A stretch of 48,693 nucleotides of DNA from Dehalococcoidia bacterium (GCA_011174815.1 DUFF01000082.1:1-48693); one strand, 5' to 3'. Positions 36,197 to 45,238 are shown, counted from the first letter of the stretch. Notes: generated by a model from the letters alone, not told the origin. Numbers and translations: made by a program.

Positions 36197-37132
36197 CTAT
36201 TTTTTACGGGCGAACTTCTGTATTGTTCGCGAACCCTTGTCAACTCCAGCGCTGGTCATGGCTACCTCGCCGACATATAAATCTCCCCGTGAGTCAACTG
36301 CGATGGCGTGGGGGGCATGGAAAAGCGCTGTGTCCTTGTCCTTTCCCTCATTGCCCCAGCGCGTGAGCAGTTTGCCGTCAATGGTGAAGACGCTCACCCG
36401 CAGACACAGCTCAGAGACATAGACGGTGTCCTCCTCGTCAATGAAAACACCGGTAGGCCGGATAACATCCGTCCATTCGGTTATGAATTCACCCTCTGAG
36501 GTGAAAATCTGTATCCGGCTGTTCTCCCGGTCTGGTATCCAGACTCGTTCCTGCTTGTCCAGCCAAATATTGTGGGGGAGACGGAACTGCCCCGGGGCAC
36601 CGCCGGGCTCGCCCCAGGAGAAAAGCAGCTTGCCATCAGGGGAGAATTTGTGCACCCGAGCGTTGCCGTAGCCGTCAGCGATGTATATCTCGCCCGAAGG
36701 AGTTACCGCCACGCCGGTGGGGCGGTTAAACGGCGGGGCACCGCGCTGTATCCTGGCCAGGCTCTCCCAGAAGTCCCAGGTTCGGGTGTAGCCGGTATCC
36801 GATGCCTGCCCTTTGGTGCCCAGCATCATGAGCAATTCTCCTTCGGTGGTGAACTTGGCGACGATGTGGTTTCTATCGTCGGTGCAATAGATTAAACCAT
36901 CAGGACCGATGCAGCTGCCGTGGGCACGGTTGAAAAAGCCCTCCCCCCACGAGTTGAGCAAATTGCCTTCCCGGTCGAGGACAATTATGGGGCGCTCGCT
37001 GCGATTCAGGATATACAGCCTGTCCTGACCATCTATGCAGATGCCGCCGACATCAAGAAACGACCATCCTTCAGGTAGTTTCGCCCATCCGTCAACTAGT
37101 TCGTATGTGTATTTACCGGTACCGAATGGCAT
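36197..37132 (-). CDS. NHL-repeat six-bladed beta-propeller protein (PAL/lactonase-like)
   Basis: Repeated blades with FNRPTGVAVTPSGEIYIADGYGNARVHKF, FRLPHNIWLD and FHAPHAIAVDSRGDLYVGE. Confidence 0.7.
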   Translation of the reverse strand: MPFGTGKYTYELVDGWAKLPEGWSFLDVGGICIDGQDRLYILNRSERPIIVLDREGNLLNSWGEGFFNRAHGSCIGPDGLIYCTDDRNHIVAKFTTEGELLMMLGTKGQASDTGYTRTWDFWESLARIQRGAPPFNRPTGVAVTPSGEIYIADGYGNARVHKFSPDGKLLFSWGEPGGAPGQFRLPHNIWLDKQERVWIPDRENSRIQIFTSEGEFITEWTDVIRPTGVFIDEEDTVYVSELCLRVSVFTIDGKLLTRWGNEGKDKDTALFHAPHAIAVDSRGDLYVGEVAMTSAGVDKGSRTIQKFARKK

Positions 37133-37179
37133 TTTGAATTCCTCCTTCTTTGCTTTATCTGTAATTTTTTATTTCGCCG

Positions 37180-37974
37180 CTATCGTGCGGCCGGGTGTAC
37201 AGTGTTTGTGCCCTGAGCAAATCCACCATCAACCTTGATATATTCAGCGGTGACAAAGTCCGATGCCTTACTGGCGAGGAAAATGGCCGCGCCGGCGAAG
37301 TCAGCCGGGGCACCCCAGCGGCCGGCAGGAGTCCGGTCAAGCACAAATTCGTCCAGTCCGGGGAAGTCTCTGCGGGCAGATACCGTCAGGGGCGTGTCAA
37401 TCCACCCGGGGAGAATGGCGTTGACCTGTATATTGTCCTTGGCCCAGGCGAGCGCCAGCGTGTACGTCAGCTGGACCATTCCAGCTTTGCTGCAGGCGTA
37501 ACACAGAACCTTGGCCAGGCCGTAAAGAGAGGTCATGGAGCCGATATTGATGATTTTGCCGCTGCCGGCTTTTTTCATCGCCGGGTAAACCGCTTTGGCG
37601 CAGAGGAAAGCGCCGCGCAGGTTTATGCCCAGTATCCAGTCCCATTCCTCAACTGTATATTCCTCGGGCGCTTTACGGATATTGACGCCAGCGTTATTGA
37701 CCAGCGTGTCGATTCGTCCGAACTTATCCAGCGCCTGTTTCACGCCGTTCTGAATGCTTTCTTCCTGACCCACATCGACCTTCAGCCCGAGCACGCTTAC
37801 GCCGTACTTCTTCTCGATGTCCTTCACCGCCTTTGCGGTCTTATCCTCGTTGCGGGCGAAGATGACGATGTCGCTGCCGGCGGAAGCCAGACCATCGGCG
37901 ATCCCCTTGCCGATGCCTCCGTTGCCGCCGGTGACAATGGCCACTTTGCCTGTAAGGTCAAATAAATTTGCCAT
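37180..37974 (-). CDS. SDR-family oxidoreductase, KduD/gluconate-5-dehydrogenase-like
   Basis: TGGNGGIGKGIA (TGxxxGIG), NNAG and catalytic YACSKAG (YxxxK). Confidence 0.88.
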   Translation of the reverse strand: MANLFDLTGKVAIVTGGNGGIGKGIADGLASAGSDIVIFARNEDKTAKAVKDIEKKYGVSVLGLKVDVGQEESIQNGVKQALDKFGRIDTLVNNAGVNIRKAPEEYTVEEWDWILGINLRGAFLCAKAVYPAMKKAGSGKIINIGSMTSLYGLAKVLCYACSKAGMVQLTYTLALAWAKDNIQVNAILPGWIDTPLTVSARRDFPGLDEFVLDRTPAGRWGAPADFAGAAIFLASKASDFVTAEYIKVDGGFAQGTNTVHPAAR

Positions 37975-38101
37975 TACCTCTTTCCTCCTCGTATTTGCTT
38001 TTAATGATGATAATCATTCTTTAGATTATTTACAATGATAAGGCGTCGTGCTGACAAAAACATTTAGATTGCTGCCCTTTCCGATAAATTTTTCCTGTGA
38101 G

Positions 38102-39178
38102 CTATTTATTATGAGGGTGTTTTAGAGCACGACCGAGGTAGCCGACCAGTTTCTCGGGTTCGACGGCGAAAAGCCTAGCTCGTTTTATCTGGCGCTGCCC
38201 CAAGCTAATCCACCTTTTGGCGTAAAATCCCCATAAGGCAGCGATAATTACGATACCGATAAATGAAAGCACGGCAAAGTATCCCCATTGCCACTTCAGT
38301 TCGGGCATGTTCTCGAAATTCATGCCGTAAATCCCGGCTAACAGGGTAAGCGGCAGAAAGATGGTGGCCACTACCGACAGCACTCTCATCGTCTCATTCT
38401 GACGGTTGGCCACGGAAGAAAGATAGGTATTGAGGGCATTGTCGGCTCTGTCACGTGTGGTCTGGTTCAGGTCCTGTACCTGTACCAGATGGTCGTAGAT
38501 ATCCCGGTAGAATATCTCTGCTTCGCTTTTGATAATATTGAATTCACCGCGGCTCAAGCGGTTCAGCACTTCTCGCTGGGGAACCATGATTCTGTGTATT
38601 CGCAGGGTGGAGCGCTTGAGCTTTAAGATTGCTTCCAGTGTGGCCTGCTGTGGATTGCGAATTACCTCCTCCTCAATTTCTTCGGCGACGTCACTCATCT
38701 TATCGATGGTTGGAATAACATTGTCGATCAGCACATCGATAAAAGCATGGGCGAGGAAATCGGCACCGTGCTGCATGGGGCGGCCATCATCTTCTACAAG
38801 CTTCCTCACCGCCTCAATGCTGTAAAGGGGCATATTGTGGTTGGTTATCACGAAGTTGGGGCCAAGAAACAAGGCCAGTTCCGTCGTCTCCACTATCTCC
38901 GATTCCACAGTGTGGTTGATGCCGTGAACGATTAGGAACAGGTACTCACCAAAGTCATCTATTTTGGGGGAGTGGATTGAGGGACTGATACAGTCCTCGA
39001 CTGCCAGGTGGTGGAGCTGCAGCTTCTTTTCCAGAAAACTGCCGTCTTCTTCGGTCGTCTCGCTAACATCTACCCAGAGCAGCCCCTTTTTCGACTGGAA
39101 AGCCTGAACAATCTCTTTTTCACTGAGCTTCTTGTGAAGTTGACCATTGGGAGCCAGATAATACGCCATGAATGACAT
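38102..39178 (-). CDS. corA: CorA-family magnesium/cobalt transporter
   Basis: C-terminal two TM helices with the YGMNFENMPE (GMN) signature. GGAGGTG RBS. Confidence 0.9.
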   Translation of the reverse strand: MSFMAYYLAPNGQLHKKLSEKEIVQAFQSKKGLLWVDVSETTEEDGSFLEKKLQLHHLAVEDCISPSIHSPKIDDFGEYLFLIVHGINHTVESEIVETTELALFLGPNFVITNHNMPLYSIEAVRKLVEDDGRPMQHGADFLAHAFIDVLIDNVIPTIDKMSDVAEEIEEEVIRNPQQATLEAILKLKRSTLRIHRIMVPQREVLNRLSRGEFNIIKSEAEIFYRDIYDHLVQVQDLNQTTRDRADNALNTYLSSVANRQNETMRVLSVVATIFLPLTLLAGIYGMNFENMPELKWQWGYFAVLSFIGIVIIAALWGFYAKRWISLGQRQIKRARLFAVEPEKLVGYLGRALKHPHNK

Positions 39179-39256
39179 GATGCACCTCCGGTGATAGATA
39201 ATCTTTATTATAGAGTATTTACAGCACTTTGTTTATAACCCACGGCAGGGATTTGA

Positions 39257-39284
39257 ATTATAGACCGATTTTCCTGATTGTCGA
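39257..39284 (-). promoter_or_regulatory. Sigma70-like promoter for corA
   Basis: The minus strand reads TCGACA-N16-TATAAT, about 80 nt upstream of the ATG. Confidence 0.4.
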
Positions 39285-39423
39285 CACTAGGGTCAAAGGA
39301 CGATGTTTCTTCCGGGCACCGCTAAAAGTTGCCAAATTTGATAATTTGTAGTATTTTGAAAATAGCAATTCTATCAAGTCGACTTTTCTGGTCAGCTTCA
39401 ACTAATTTTTTTGTATAAGTTAT

Positions 39424-39942
39424 ATGCTGGTGGGTAAAACTAAGCGTTCGGTAACTCGGCGGAAGGCCAAAACACTAATTCTAGGTATCGGGAATCCCAT
39501 TCTCGGGGACGACAGGGTAGGGCATCTCTTAGTCCAGGAATTATGCAGCTATATTTCAGATCCCGAAATCGAGCTTAAAGAGACCAGCCTCGCCGGTCTG
39601 AACCTCTCCGAGCTTCTGTCAGGCTTCGATTCCGCCATTGTTATCGACGCTATCCAGAGTGGTGGTGCTCCGGGAGAAGTGCACTGCTTGCAGCCGAGAG
39701 ATTTTCATATTGAGAAAGTCAACCAGTATGACCAGCACAGCACAGGCTTGCTACAGGCCATAGAGATAGGCAAAGCCCTGGGGTGGCCTATGCCTGAAAA
39801 TATTACCATTGTGGCTATAGAAGCCGGGGACGTCACCAGCTTCAGCGATGACCTGACGCCGGACGTTGCCAAAGCAATTCCGGTGGCATTGAAAATCATT
39901 CTTGATTTGCTTGGTAGTCCCAGAAAGCAAGAAGTAATTTAA
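39424..39942 (+). CDS. [NiFe]-hydrogenase maturation endopeptidase (HyaD/HoxW/FrhD family)
   Basis: LILGIGNPILGDDRVGH, VIDA and a downstream H in QHSTG. Confidence 0.85.
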   Translation: MLVGKTKRSVTRRKAKTLILGIGNPILGDDRVGHLLVQELCSYISDPEIELKETSLAGLNLSELLSGFDSAIVIDAIQSGGAPGEVHCLQPRDFHIEKVNQYDQHSTGLLQAIEIGKALGWPMPENITIVAIEAGDVTSFSDDLTPDVAKAIPVALKIILDLLGSPRKQEVI

Positions 39943-39969
39943 CATAAATCTATCTGAGGAGGTTTTTCA

Positions 39970-41763
39970 ATGTGGAAAACCACTAGAGACTCGGGGGCAC
40001 ATGTTGAGGATGCTGTCAAACAGATGCTTCCTCCCTGCCAGATAAAATGCCCTATAAATGAAGACATACAGCGCACCAATGTCCTTATCTCACTTCTGCC
40101 GGAGGATATTGAGTCAGCGAAGGCCGGAATAATACAGATTGGCGATTATCTCTACGAGAAAAACCCCTTCTTCAATATATGCGGTTATATCTGCGGTATC
40201 TGTGAACTGGAGTGCAATTACAAGACCAAGGGGGGCGCCATCAGGAGAAGGCTGTTGAAGCGATTTCTTTCCGACTACTACACTGATTATTTAAGTCGGA
40301 AAAAGAAGACGGAAACTATCAAAGACCGCGAGGATGTTGCTATTATGGGTGGTGGCCCTGGCGGACTCATGTGCGCTTACATTCTGAGCCAGAGAGGTTA
40401 CCGGACAACGATATTTGAAGCGTCCAATCGACTTGGTGGCGCACTGTGGCTCATTCCCGAGTACCGGTTGCCCCGGGATGTACTGCAGAATACCCTGGAT
40501 AGTCTGATAAGGATTGTGGGCATAGACGTGCAATACGGCGCCAAGGTAGGCGAAGATGGATTCACTTTAGAGCAACTGAAAGCCAAGGGATATAAGGCAG
40601 TATTCGTCGCCAAAGGTACGCCTTATCCCAGGGTGCTTACCTTCGGTAGGGAGCAGGTGGAGGGGCAGGACCTTTCCGGCGTAATGTATGGACTGGACCT
40701 TCTCTACGAGGTAAGCCATGGTAATATCGGGCCCGATTATTTTAAGAATAAACGGGTTATCGTGATCGGCGGCGGCAATGTTGCCTTTGATGCGGCTCGA
40801 ACAGCTAGAAGGCTTGGGGGTGAGGTTACCGTCGTCGCTCTGGAGTGTGAGGACAAAAGCTCCCGGGATGGCCTGCCCGCCGATGAGGAAGAAATACGGG
40901 CCGCCTGGGAAGAAGGCTTGAGGATTATCTGTTCCCGTGGCGTGCGAAAAATCATCGGCGAAGGCGGTCAGTTCAGGAAAATCGATTGCCCGCGCTGTAC
41001 CAGCGTATTTGATGAAGATGGTTTCAATCCACAATTTGATTGCACTGACTGTGTTGAGATAGAGGGAGATATACTGATAATCACCATAGGGCAGGCAGCG
41101 GACAAGGCCTTTCTGCAGAGAGAGGGGCTGCTGGACGAAAGAGGAAGGTTGGCCGTTGACTCATTCACCCTGCAGAGCCTGCTGAACCCTTCTGTTTTTA
41201 TCGGCGGTGATGTACGGCGCATCGGTTTTATGGTGGAAGCGATGAAGGAGGGCATCGAGGCTGCCGAATCCATCCACAGATATCTGAGGGGTCTGCATAT
41301 GCGCTGGGGCAGAAAAAGGGATTATGAGGCACTGGGCCTGCCGCAGAGGACTAGCTACAAACAACCTACCGATGTGGTCTGGATACCGCCGGAAAAAAGG
41401 ATGCATTTCCAGTTATTTGAAAGAGGTCTCACCTTGAAGGAGGCAATAGAGGAAGCCAGGCGATGTCTTACCTGCGGCCCTTGCCTCTCCTGCAAGGCCT
41501 GTATTTCCATCGGCTTCGAGAAGTCACTGTATGCAGTTGCGGTTGATGAAGAGAGGTGCAGCGGCTGTGGTGCCTGCGTATATGCCTGCAATTATGATGC
41601 CGCTCGCCTGGTAGAGCGTGATGGCAAGCTTGTGTCGGAAACTGACATGTTCCGCTGCAAATCATGCGGTATGTGTGTCGCTGCCTGTCCCTCTGAAGCG
41701 AGGGCACTGGTTGATGATGCCACCTACGACAGGATAGAAACTACATTTTCGTTGCTATCTTGA
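39970..41763 (+). CDS. GltD/NfnB-like FAD- and NAD(P)H-binding iron-sulfur flavoprotein with a C-terminal 2x[4Fe-4S] ferredoxin domain
   Basis: N-terminal Cys cluster CGYICGICELEC. Dinucleotide folds IMGGGPGGLMCAYIL and VIGGGNVAFDAARTA. GltD hallmark GGALWLIPEYRLPRD. C-terminal CLTCGPCLSCKAC, CSGCGACVYACNYDA and CKSCGMCVAACPSEA. Confidence 0.8.
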   Translation: MWKTTRDSGAHVEDAVKQMLPPCQIKCPINEDIQRTNVLISLLPEDIESAKAGIIQIGDYLYEKNPFFNICGYICGICELECNYKTKGGAIRRRLLKRFLSDYYTDYLSRKKKTETIKDREDVAIMGGGPGGLMCAYILSQRGYRTTIFEASNRLGGALWLIPEYRLPRDVLQNTLDSLIRIVGIDVQYGAKVGEDGFTLEQLKAKGYKAVFVAKGTPYPRVLTFGREQVEGQDLSGVMYGLDLLYEVSHGNIGPDYFKNKRVIVIGGGNVAFDAARTARRLGGEVTVVALECEDKSSRDGLPADEEEIRAAWEEGLRIICSRGVRKIIGEGGQFRKIDCPRCTSVFDEDGFNPQFDCTDCVEIEGDILIITIGQAADKAFLQREGLLDERGRLAVDSFTLQSLLNPSVFIGGDVRRIGFMVEAMKEGIEAAESIHRYLRGLHMRWGRKRDYEALGLPQRTSYKQPTDVVWIPPEKRMHFQLFERGLTLKEAIEEARRCLTCGPCLSCKACISIGFEKSLYAVAVDEERCSGCGACVYACNYDAARLVERDGKLVSETDMFRCKSCGMCVAACPSEARALVDDATYDRIETTFSLLS

Positions 41764-41784
41764 TATTAATGGGAAGGTGAAGGA

Positions 41785-42180
41785 ATGAGCGATTTTGAGC
41801 CCAAAATAGTTTGTTTTTCCTGCAAATTCAGCTGGGGCTATCTGGCAAACGAGACTTCTTTATCCTCGCAGATTAAAAACTGGATACCCATTATCTGCAG
41901 CGGCAAGGTTGATGCCAAGCACATCATGGAAGCATTTAAACACGGGGCGGATGGTGTCCTGATTCTGGGGTGTCCAGAGGGCGATTGTCATTATCAGGAC
42001 GGCAATTTTGAGACGAAGAAGCGGGTGCAACTTCTACACAAGGTGCTCGACAGCTATGGAATCGAGCCGGAAAGGGTCAGAATGGAGCTCTCGCTTGACC
42101 CGGAAGGGAAGCGTATTCCAGAGCTGGTGAAGAGCATGAGTGAGACGGTCAGAGGACTGGGGCCGGTCAGGCAAATATGA
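41785..42180 (+). CDS. mvhD: Methyl-viologen-reducing hydrogenase delta subunit (MvhD) homologue
   Basis: KIVCFSCKFSWGY...ICSGKVD...GADGVLILGCPEGDCHY, the MvhD/FlpD signature. Confidence 0.88.
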   Translation: MSDFEPKIVCFSCKFSWGYLANETSLSSQIKNWIPIICSGKVDAKHIMEAFKHGADGVLILGCPEGDCHYQDGNFETKKRVQLLHKVLDSYGIEPERVRMELSLDPEGKRIPELVKSMSETVRGLGPVRQI

Positions 42181-42232
42181 CCTGCTTGAAGCAGTGAATT
42201 AACCACGAGATTTTTAAAGAGAGGGGAAAAAG

Positions 42233-43198
42233 ATGGTCGCTAAACCAAAAGTAGCCATATGCTGGCTCGGTAGCTGTGGCGGTTGCGATGAAGCTGTCGT
42301 TGACCTTAATGAAGCCATCCTGCAGGTAACCTCGGCAGTTGACGTTATTTTCTGGCCGGTGGCCCTGGATTTCAAGTACCATCACCTTGAAGCTTTGGAA
42401 AAAGGTGAGGTCGCGCTGAGCATCATCAACGGCCATATCAGGAATTCAGAGCAGGAAGAGGTGGCCAAGCTGCTCAGAGAGAAATCGCAGCTGGTGCTGG
42501 CATTCGGCGCCTGCGCCTGTTTCGGCGGCACGCCCGGTATGGCCAATTTCCGGAGCAAAGAAGATATTTTTAACTGGGTTTACCGGGATGCACCCACCGT
42601 GGTGAACCCGAAGGGCAACTACCCCCAGCCCAGGTCGCAGGCAAATGGAAAAGAGCTGACATTGCCAGAATTCTATGAGCAGGTTTTCGCCCTGAATCAG
42701 GTCATTGACGTTGATTACTATCTGCCGGGGTGTCCCCCTCCCCCGGACCTTATAGCCAATGCCGTTAATGCGGTGCTTGAGGGCAAGCTGCCACCCAAAG
42801 GCTCCACGCTGGCGCCGCACAAGGCGCTGTGCGATACCTGTAAGCGGAATGAGACCAAACCGGACAAAATCTCAATTAAAGATATAAAGCGGATTCATGA
42901 GGTTGAAGCCAGCCCTGATACCTGCTTTCTGGCGCAGGGAATACTCTGCATGGGTATCGCCACGCGAGGCGGTTGCGGGGAAAGCTGTATCAATATAAAC
43001 ATGCCCTGCCGGGGCTGCTTTGGACCGGTGGAGGGAGTGGAGGATTCCGGAGCCAAGTTCATCTCCGCCCTGGCGGCCATGCTTGATGCTGAAAACGACG
43101 AGGAAATGAAACAGCTTATCGACAAGCTGGATGACCTCGCGGGATACACCTATCGATTCACCCTGCCCGTATCCCTGCTGCAAAGGAAGCGTGCGTAA
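42233..43198 (+). CDS. mvhG: [NiFe]-hydrogenase small subunit, group 3 (MvhG-like)
   Basis: VAICWLGSCGGCDEA, GACACFGG and YYLPGCPP, plus distal cluster cysteines (CDTC, CMGIATRGGCGESC, CRGCFGP). No Tat signal. Confidence 0.9.
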   Translation: MVAKPKVAICWLGSCGGCDEAVVDLNEAILQVTSAVDVIFWPVALDFKYHHLEALEKGEVALSIINGHIRNSEQEEVAKLLREKSQLVLAFGACACFGGTPGMANFRSKEDIFNWVYRDAPTVVNPKGNYPQPRSQANGKELTLPEFYEQVFALNQVIDVDYYLPGCPPPPDLIANAVNAVLEGKLPPKGSTLAPHKALCDTCKRNETKPDKISIKDIKRIHEVEASPDTCFLAQGILCMGIATRGGCGESCININMPCRGCFGPVEGVEDSGAKFISALAAMLDAENDEEMKQLIDKLDDLAGYTYRFTLPVSLLQRKRA

Positions 43199-43219
43199 GA
43201 GCGATAAGGAGAAGCTACG

Positions 43220-44683
43220 ATGGCGAAGAAAATAACCATTAACCCCATAACCAGACTGGAAGGTCACGGTAAAATTGAGATTTTCCTTGATGACAAAGGA
43301 AACGTGGAGGACGCGTACTTCCAGGTGGTGGAGCTGAGGGGTTTCGAGCGTTTCTGCCTGGGCCGGCCGGTTGAGGAGATGCCGCGGATAACGCCCAACA
43401 TATGCGGTGTCTGCCCGACCCCGCACAACATGGCCTCCACCAAGGCAGTGGATGACGTTTACAGCGTTGAGCCAACGCCGGCGGCCAAACTGGTGCGGCA
43501 ACTGCACTACAACGCCTTCATGGTTGAGGACCACTACATTCACTTCTTCTTCCTCTCCGCGCCTGACTTCGTGGTTGGTGCTGACGCTGACCCGGCAGTG
43601 CGGAATATCCTCGGACTCATTGATAAGGTGGGACTGGAAATAGGCGGAAAGGTAATTGAGGTGAGAAGAAGATGTCGGGATATCATCCGCCTTATCGCCA
43701 GCAAGCCGCCGCACCCGGAAGGAGGACTTCCCGGCGGTGTCCCCAGGGGAATCACCGAGGAGGAAAGGGTCTGGATTAAGGAGACAGCTGATTATACCGT
43801 TGACTTCGCCCAATTTGCCCTGAAGCTTTTTAAAGACGTGGTGGTGGCGGACAAGAAACACCTGGACCTAGTCCTGAACGATGCCTATAAATTGAACACC
43901 TACTATATGGGACTGGTCGATAGCGATAACAGGGTCAACTTCTACGAGGGGAAATTGCGCGTCGTTGACCCCATGGGGAAGGAATACACCCTCTTCGACC
44001 CCAGCGAGTATATCGACCACATTGGCGAGTGGGTTGAGCCGTGGACCTATATACGCCTGACCCATCTGAAAAAAATCGGCTGGAACGGCCTGAACGATGA
44101 TGCTGGCACCTCGCTGTACCGCGTGGGTCCGCTGGCCCGGCTGAACGCTGCCGATGGTATGTCTACTCCGCTGGCACAGAAGGAGTACGAGGCCATGTTC
44201 GATGCGCTCGGGGGCAGACCGAGCCACCATACCCTGGCTTTCCACTGGGCCAGGCTTATTGAAGCGCTCCAGGCCGCCGAAGATATGCAGCGCATCGCCA
44301 ATGACCCCCTGCTGACCAGCAAGGACATACGCAATATGAACCTCAAGCTCAAGCAGAAGGGGGTGGGCTGTGTCGAGGCTGCCCGCGGCACTCTTATCCA
44401 TCATTACGAGACTGACGAGCGCGGCCTGCTGACGAAGGCGAACCTGATTGTGGCTACCCAGCACAACGCTGCCCCCATTTGCCTTTCCGTGAAGAAGGCA
44501 GCCGAGGGGTTTGTCAAGGGTCCCGAGGTCAAAGAAGGAATGCTCAACATGGTTGAAATGGCCTTCCGTGCCTATGACCCGTGCCTCGCCTGCGCGACGC
44601 ACGCCCTTCCCGGCGCTATGCCGCTGAAAGTGACCATAAGAGATAAGAGCGGCGCTATAATCAGGACTCTGAGCAGGAGCTGA
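43220..44683 (+). CDS. mvhA: [NiFe]-hydrogenase large subunit, group 3 (MvhA-like)
   Basis: INPITRLEGHGKI; N-terminal Ni-ligand motif RITPNICGVCPTPH; C-terminal DPCLACATH followed by a 26-residue extension for proteolytic maturation. Confidence 0.93.
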   Translation: MAKKITINPITRLEGHGKIEIFLDDKGNVEDAYFQVVELRGFERFCLGRPVEEMPRITPNICGVCPTPHNMASTKAVDDVYSVEPTPAAKLVRQLHYNAFMVEDHYIHFFFLSAPDFVVGADADPAVRNILGLIDKVGLEIGGKVIEVRRRCRDIIRLIASKPPHPEGGLPGGVPRGITEEERVWIKETADYTVDFAQFALKLFKDVVVADKKHLDLVLNDAYKLNTYYMGLVDSDNRVNFYEGKLRVVDPMGKEYTLFDPSEYIDHIGEWVEPWTYIRLTHLKKIGWNGLNDDAGTSLYRVGPLARLNAADGMSTPLAQKEYEAMFDALGGRPSHHTLAFHWARLIEALQAAEDMQRIANDPLLTSKDIRNMNLKLKQKGVGCVEAARGTLIHHYETDERGLLTKANLIVATQHNAAPICLSVKKAAEGFVKGPEVKEGMLNMVEMAFRAYDPCLACATHALPGAMPLKVTIRDKSGAIIRTLSRS

Positions 44684-44711
44684 GTCGGTTTCATACCGCC
44701 GTTGGTGATAA

Positions 44712-45092
44712 TCAACCGACCACCGCTATAGCCTCTATCTCCACCAGAAGCTCCGGGAGAATCAGCCTTGAGACTTCAACGCCGGTACTGGCGGGCATCG
44801 GAGGGCTGAAATAACGGGCCCTGATTTCCCTGAATTTAACTATATTGTCCATATCGGTTACATAGACGGTCATCTTGACCACGTCTTTCATAGAAGCTCC
44901 CGCCGCCTCGAGGGTGAGCTTGATGTTTTCCAATGCTTTAACCGTCTGCGCCTCAAAGCCACCTTTCACTATGTTTCGCTGCTCATCGAAGCCCACCATA
45001 CCGGAGAGGTAAATAGTGTTGTCTACCTTAACGGCGTGAGACCAGCCCATGGGCTCAAAGATTCCCTTCGGTGAAATATGTTCCTTTTTCAT
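44712..45092 (-). CDS. ridA: RidA/YjgF-family reactive enamine/imine deaminase
   Basis: YLSGMVGFDE..., KMTVYVTDM and VEIEAIAV. AAAGGAGA RBS before the ATG at 45092. Confidence 0.88.
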   Translation of the reverse strand: MKKEHISPKGIFEPMGWSHAVKVDNTIYLSGMVGFDEQRNIVKGGFEAQTVKALENIKLTLEAAGASMKDVVKMTVYVTDMDNIVKFREIRARYFSPPMPASTGVEVSRLILPELLVEIEAIAVVG

Positions 45093-45185
45093 CGCTCTGT
45101 CTCCTTTCAATTCTCTATTGACTGCAATCTATTTTATATGATGGTTGCAGGAAGAAACATATTTCGCGGTATTATTCAGCACGTT

Positions 45186-45214
45186 TTGGACTTTAAGTTC
45201 AGAAATGATATACT
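45186..45214 (+). promoter_or_regulatory. Sigma70-like promoter (extended -10) for the EthD-like/OYE genes
   Basis: TTGGAC-N17-TATACT with TG one nt upstream of the -10, 25 nt upstream of the ATG at 45239. Confidence 0.4.
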
Positions 45215-45238
45215 TTCACAGCAAAAAGGAGGTTAATT

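Noticed and set aside
37195-37965. A 256-aa ORF on the plus strand, almost exactly antisense to the SDR gene.
   Set aside because: It is a mirror-frame ORF, typical of GC-biased coding DNA. Its product is Arg/Gly/Ala-rich with no recognisable motif, whereas the minus-strand product has textbook SDR motifs (TGxxxGIG, NNAG, YxxxK).
39179-39423. A possible M-box (Mg2+) riboswitch upstream of corA.
   Set aside because: The best promoter (TCGACA-N16-TATAAT) leaves a leader of only about 80 nt, too short for an M-box, and I saw no conserved M-box strings.
42872-43861. A 329-aa minus-strand ORF spanning the junction of the hydrogenase small- and large-subunit genes.
   Set aside because: It is antisense to two genes with unambiguous NiFe-hydrogenase motifs. 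It has no RBS or domain signature and a low-complexity composition. The same reasoning applies to 43868-44602 (244 aa).
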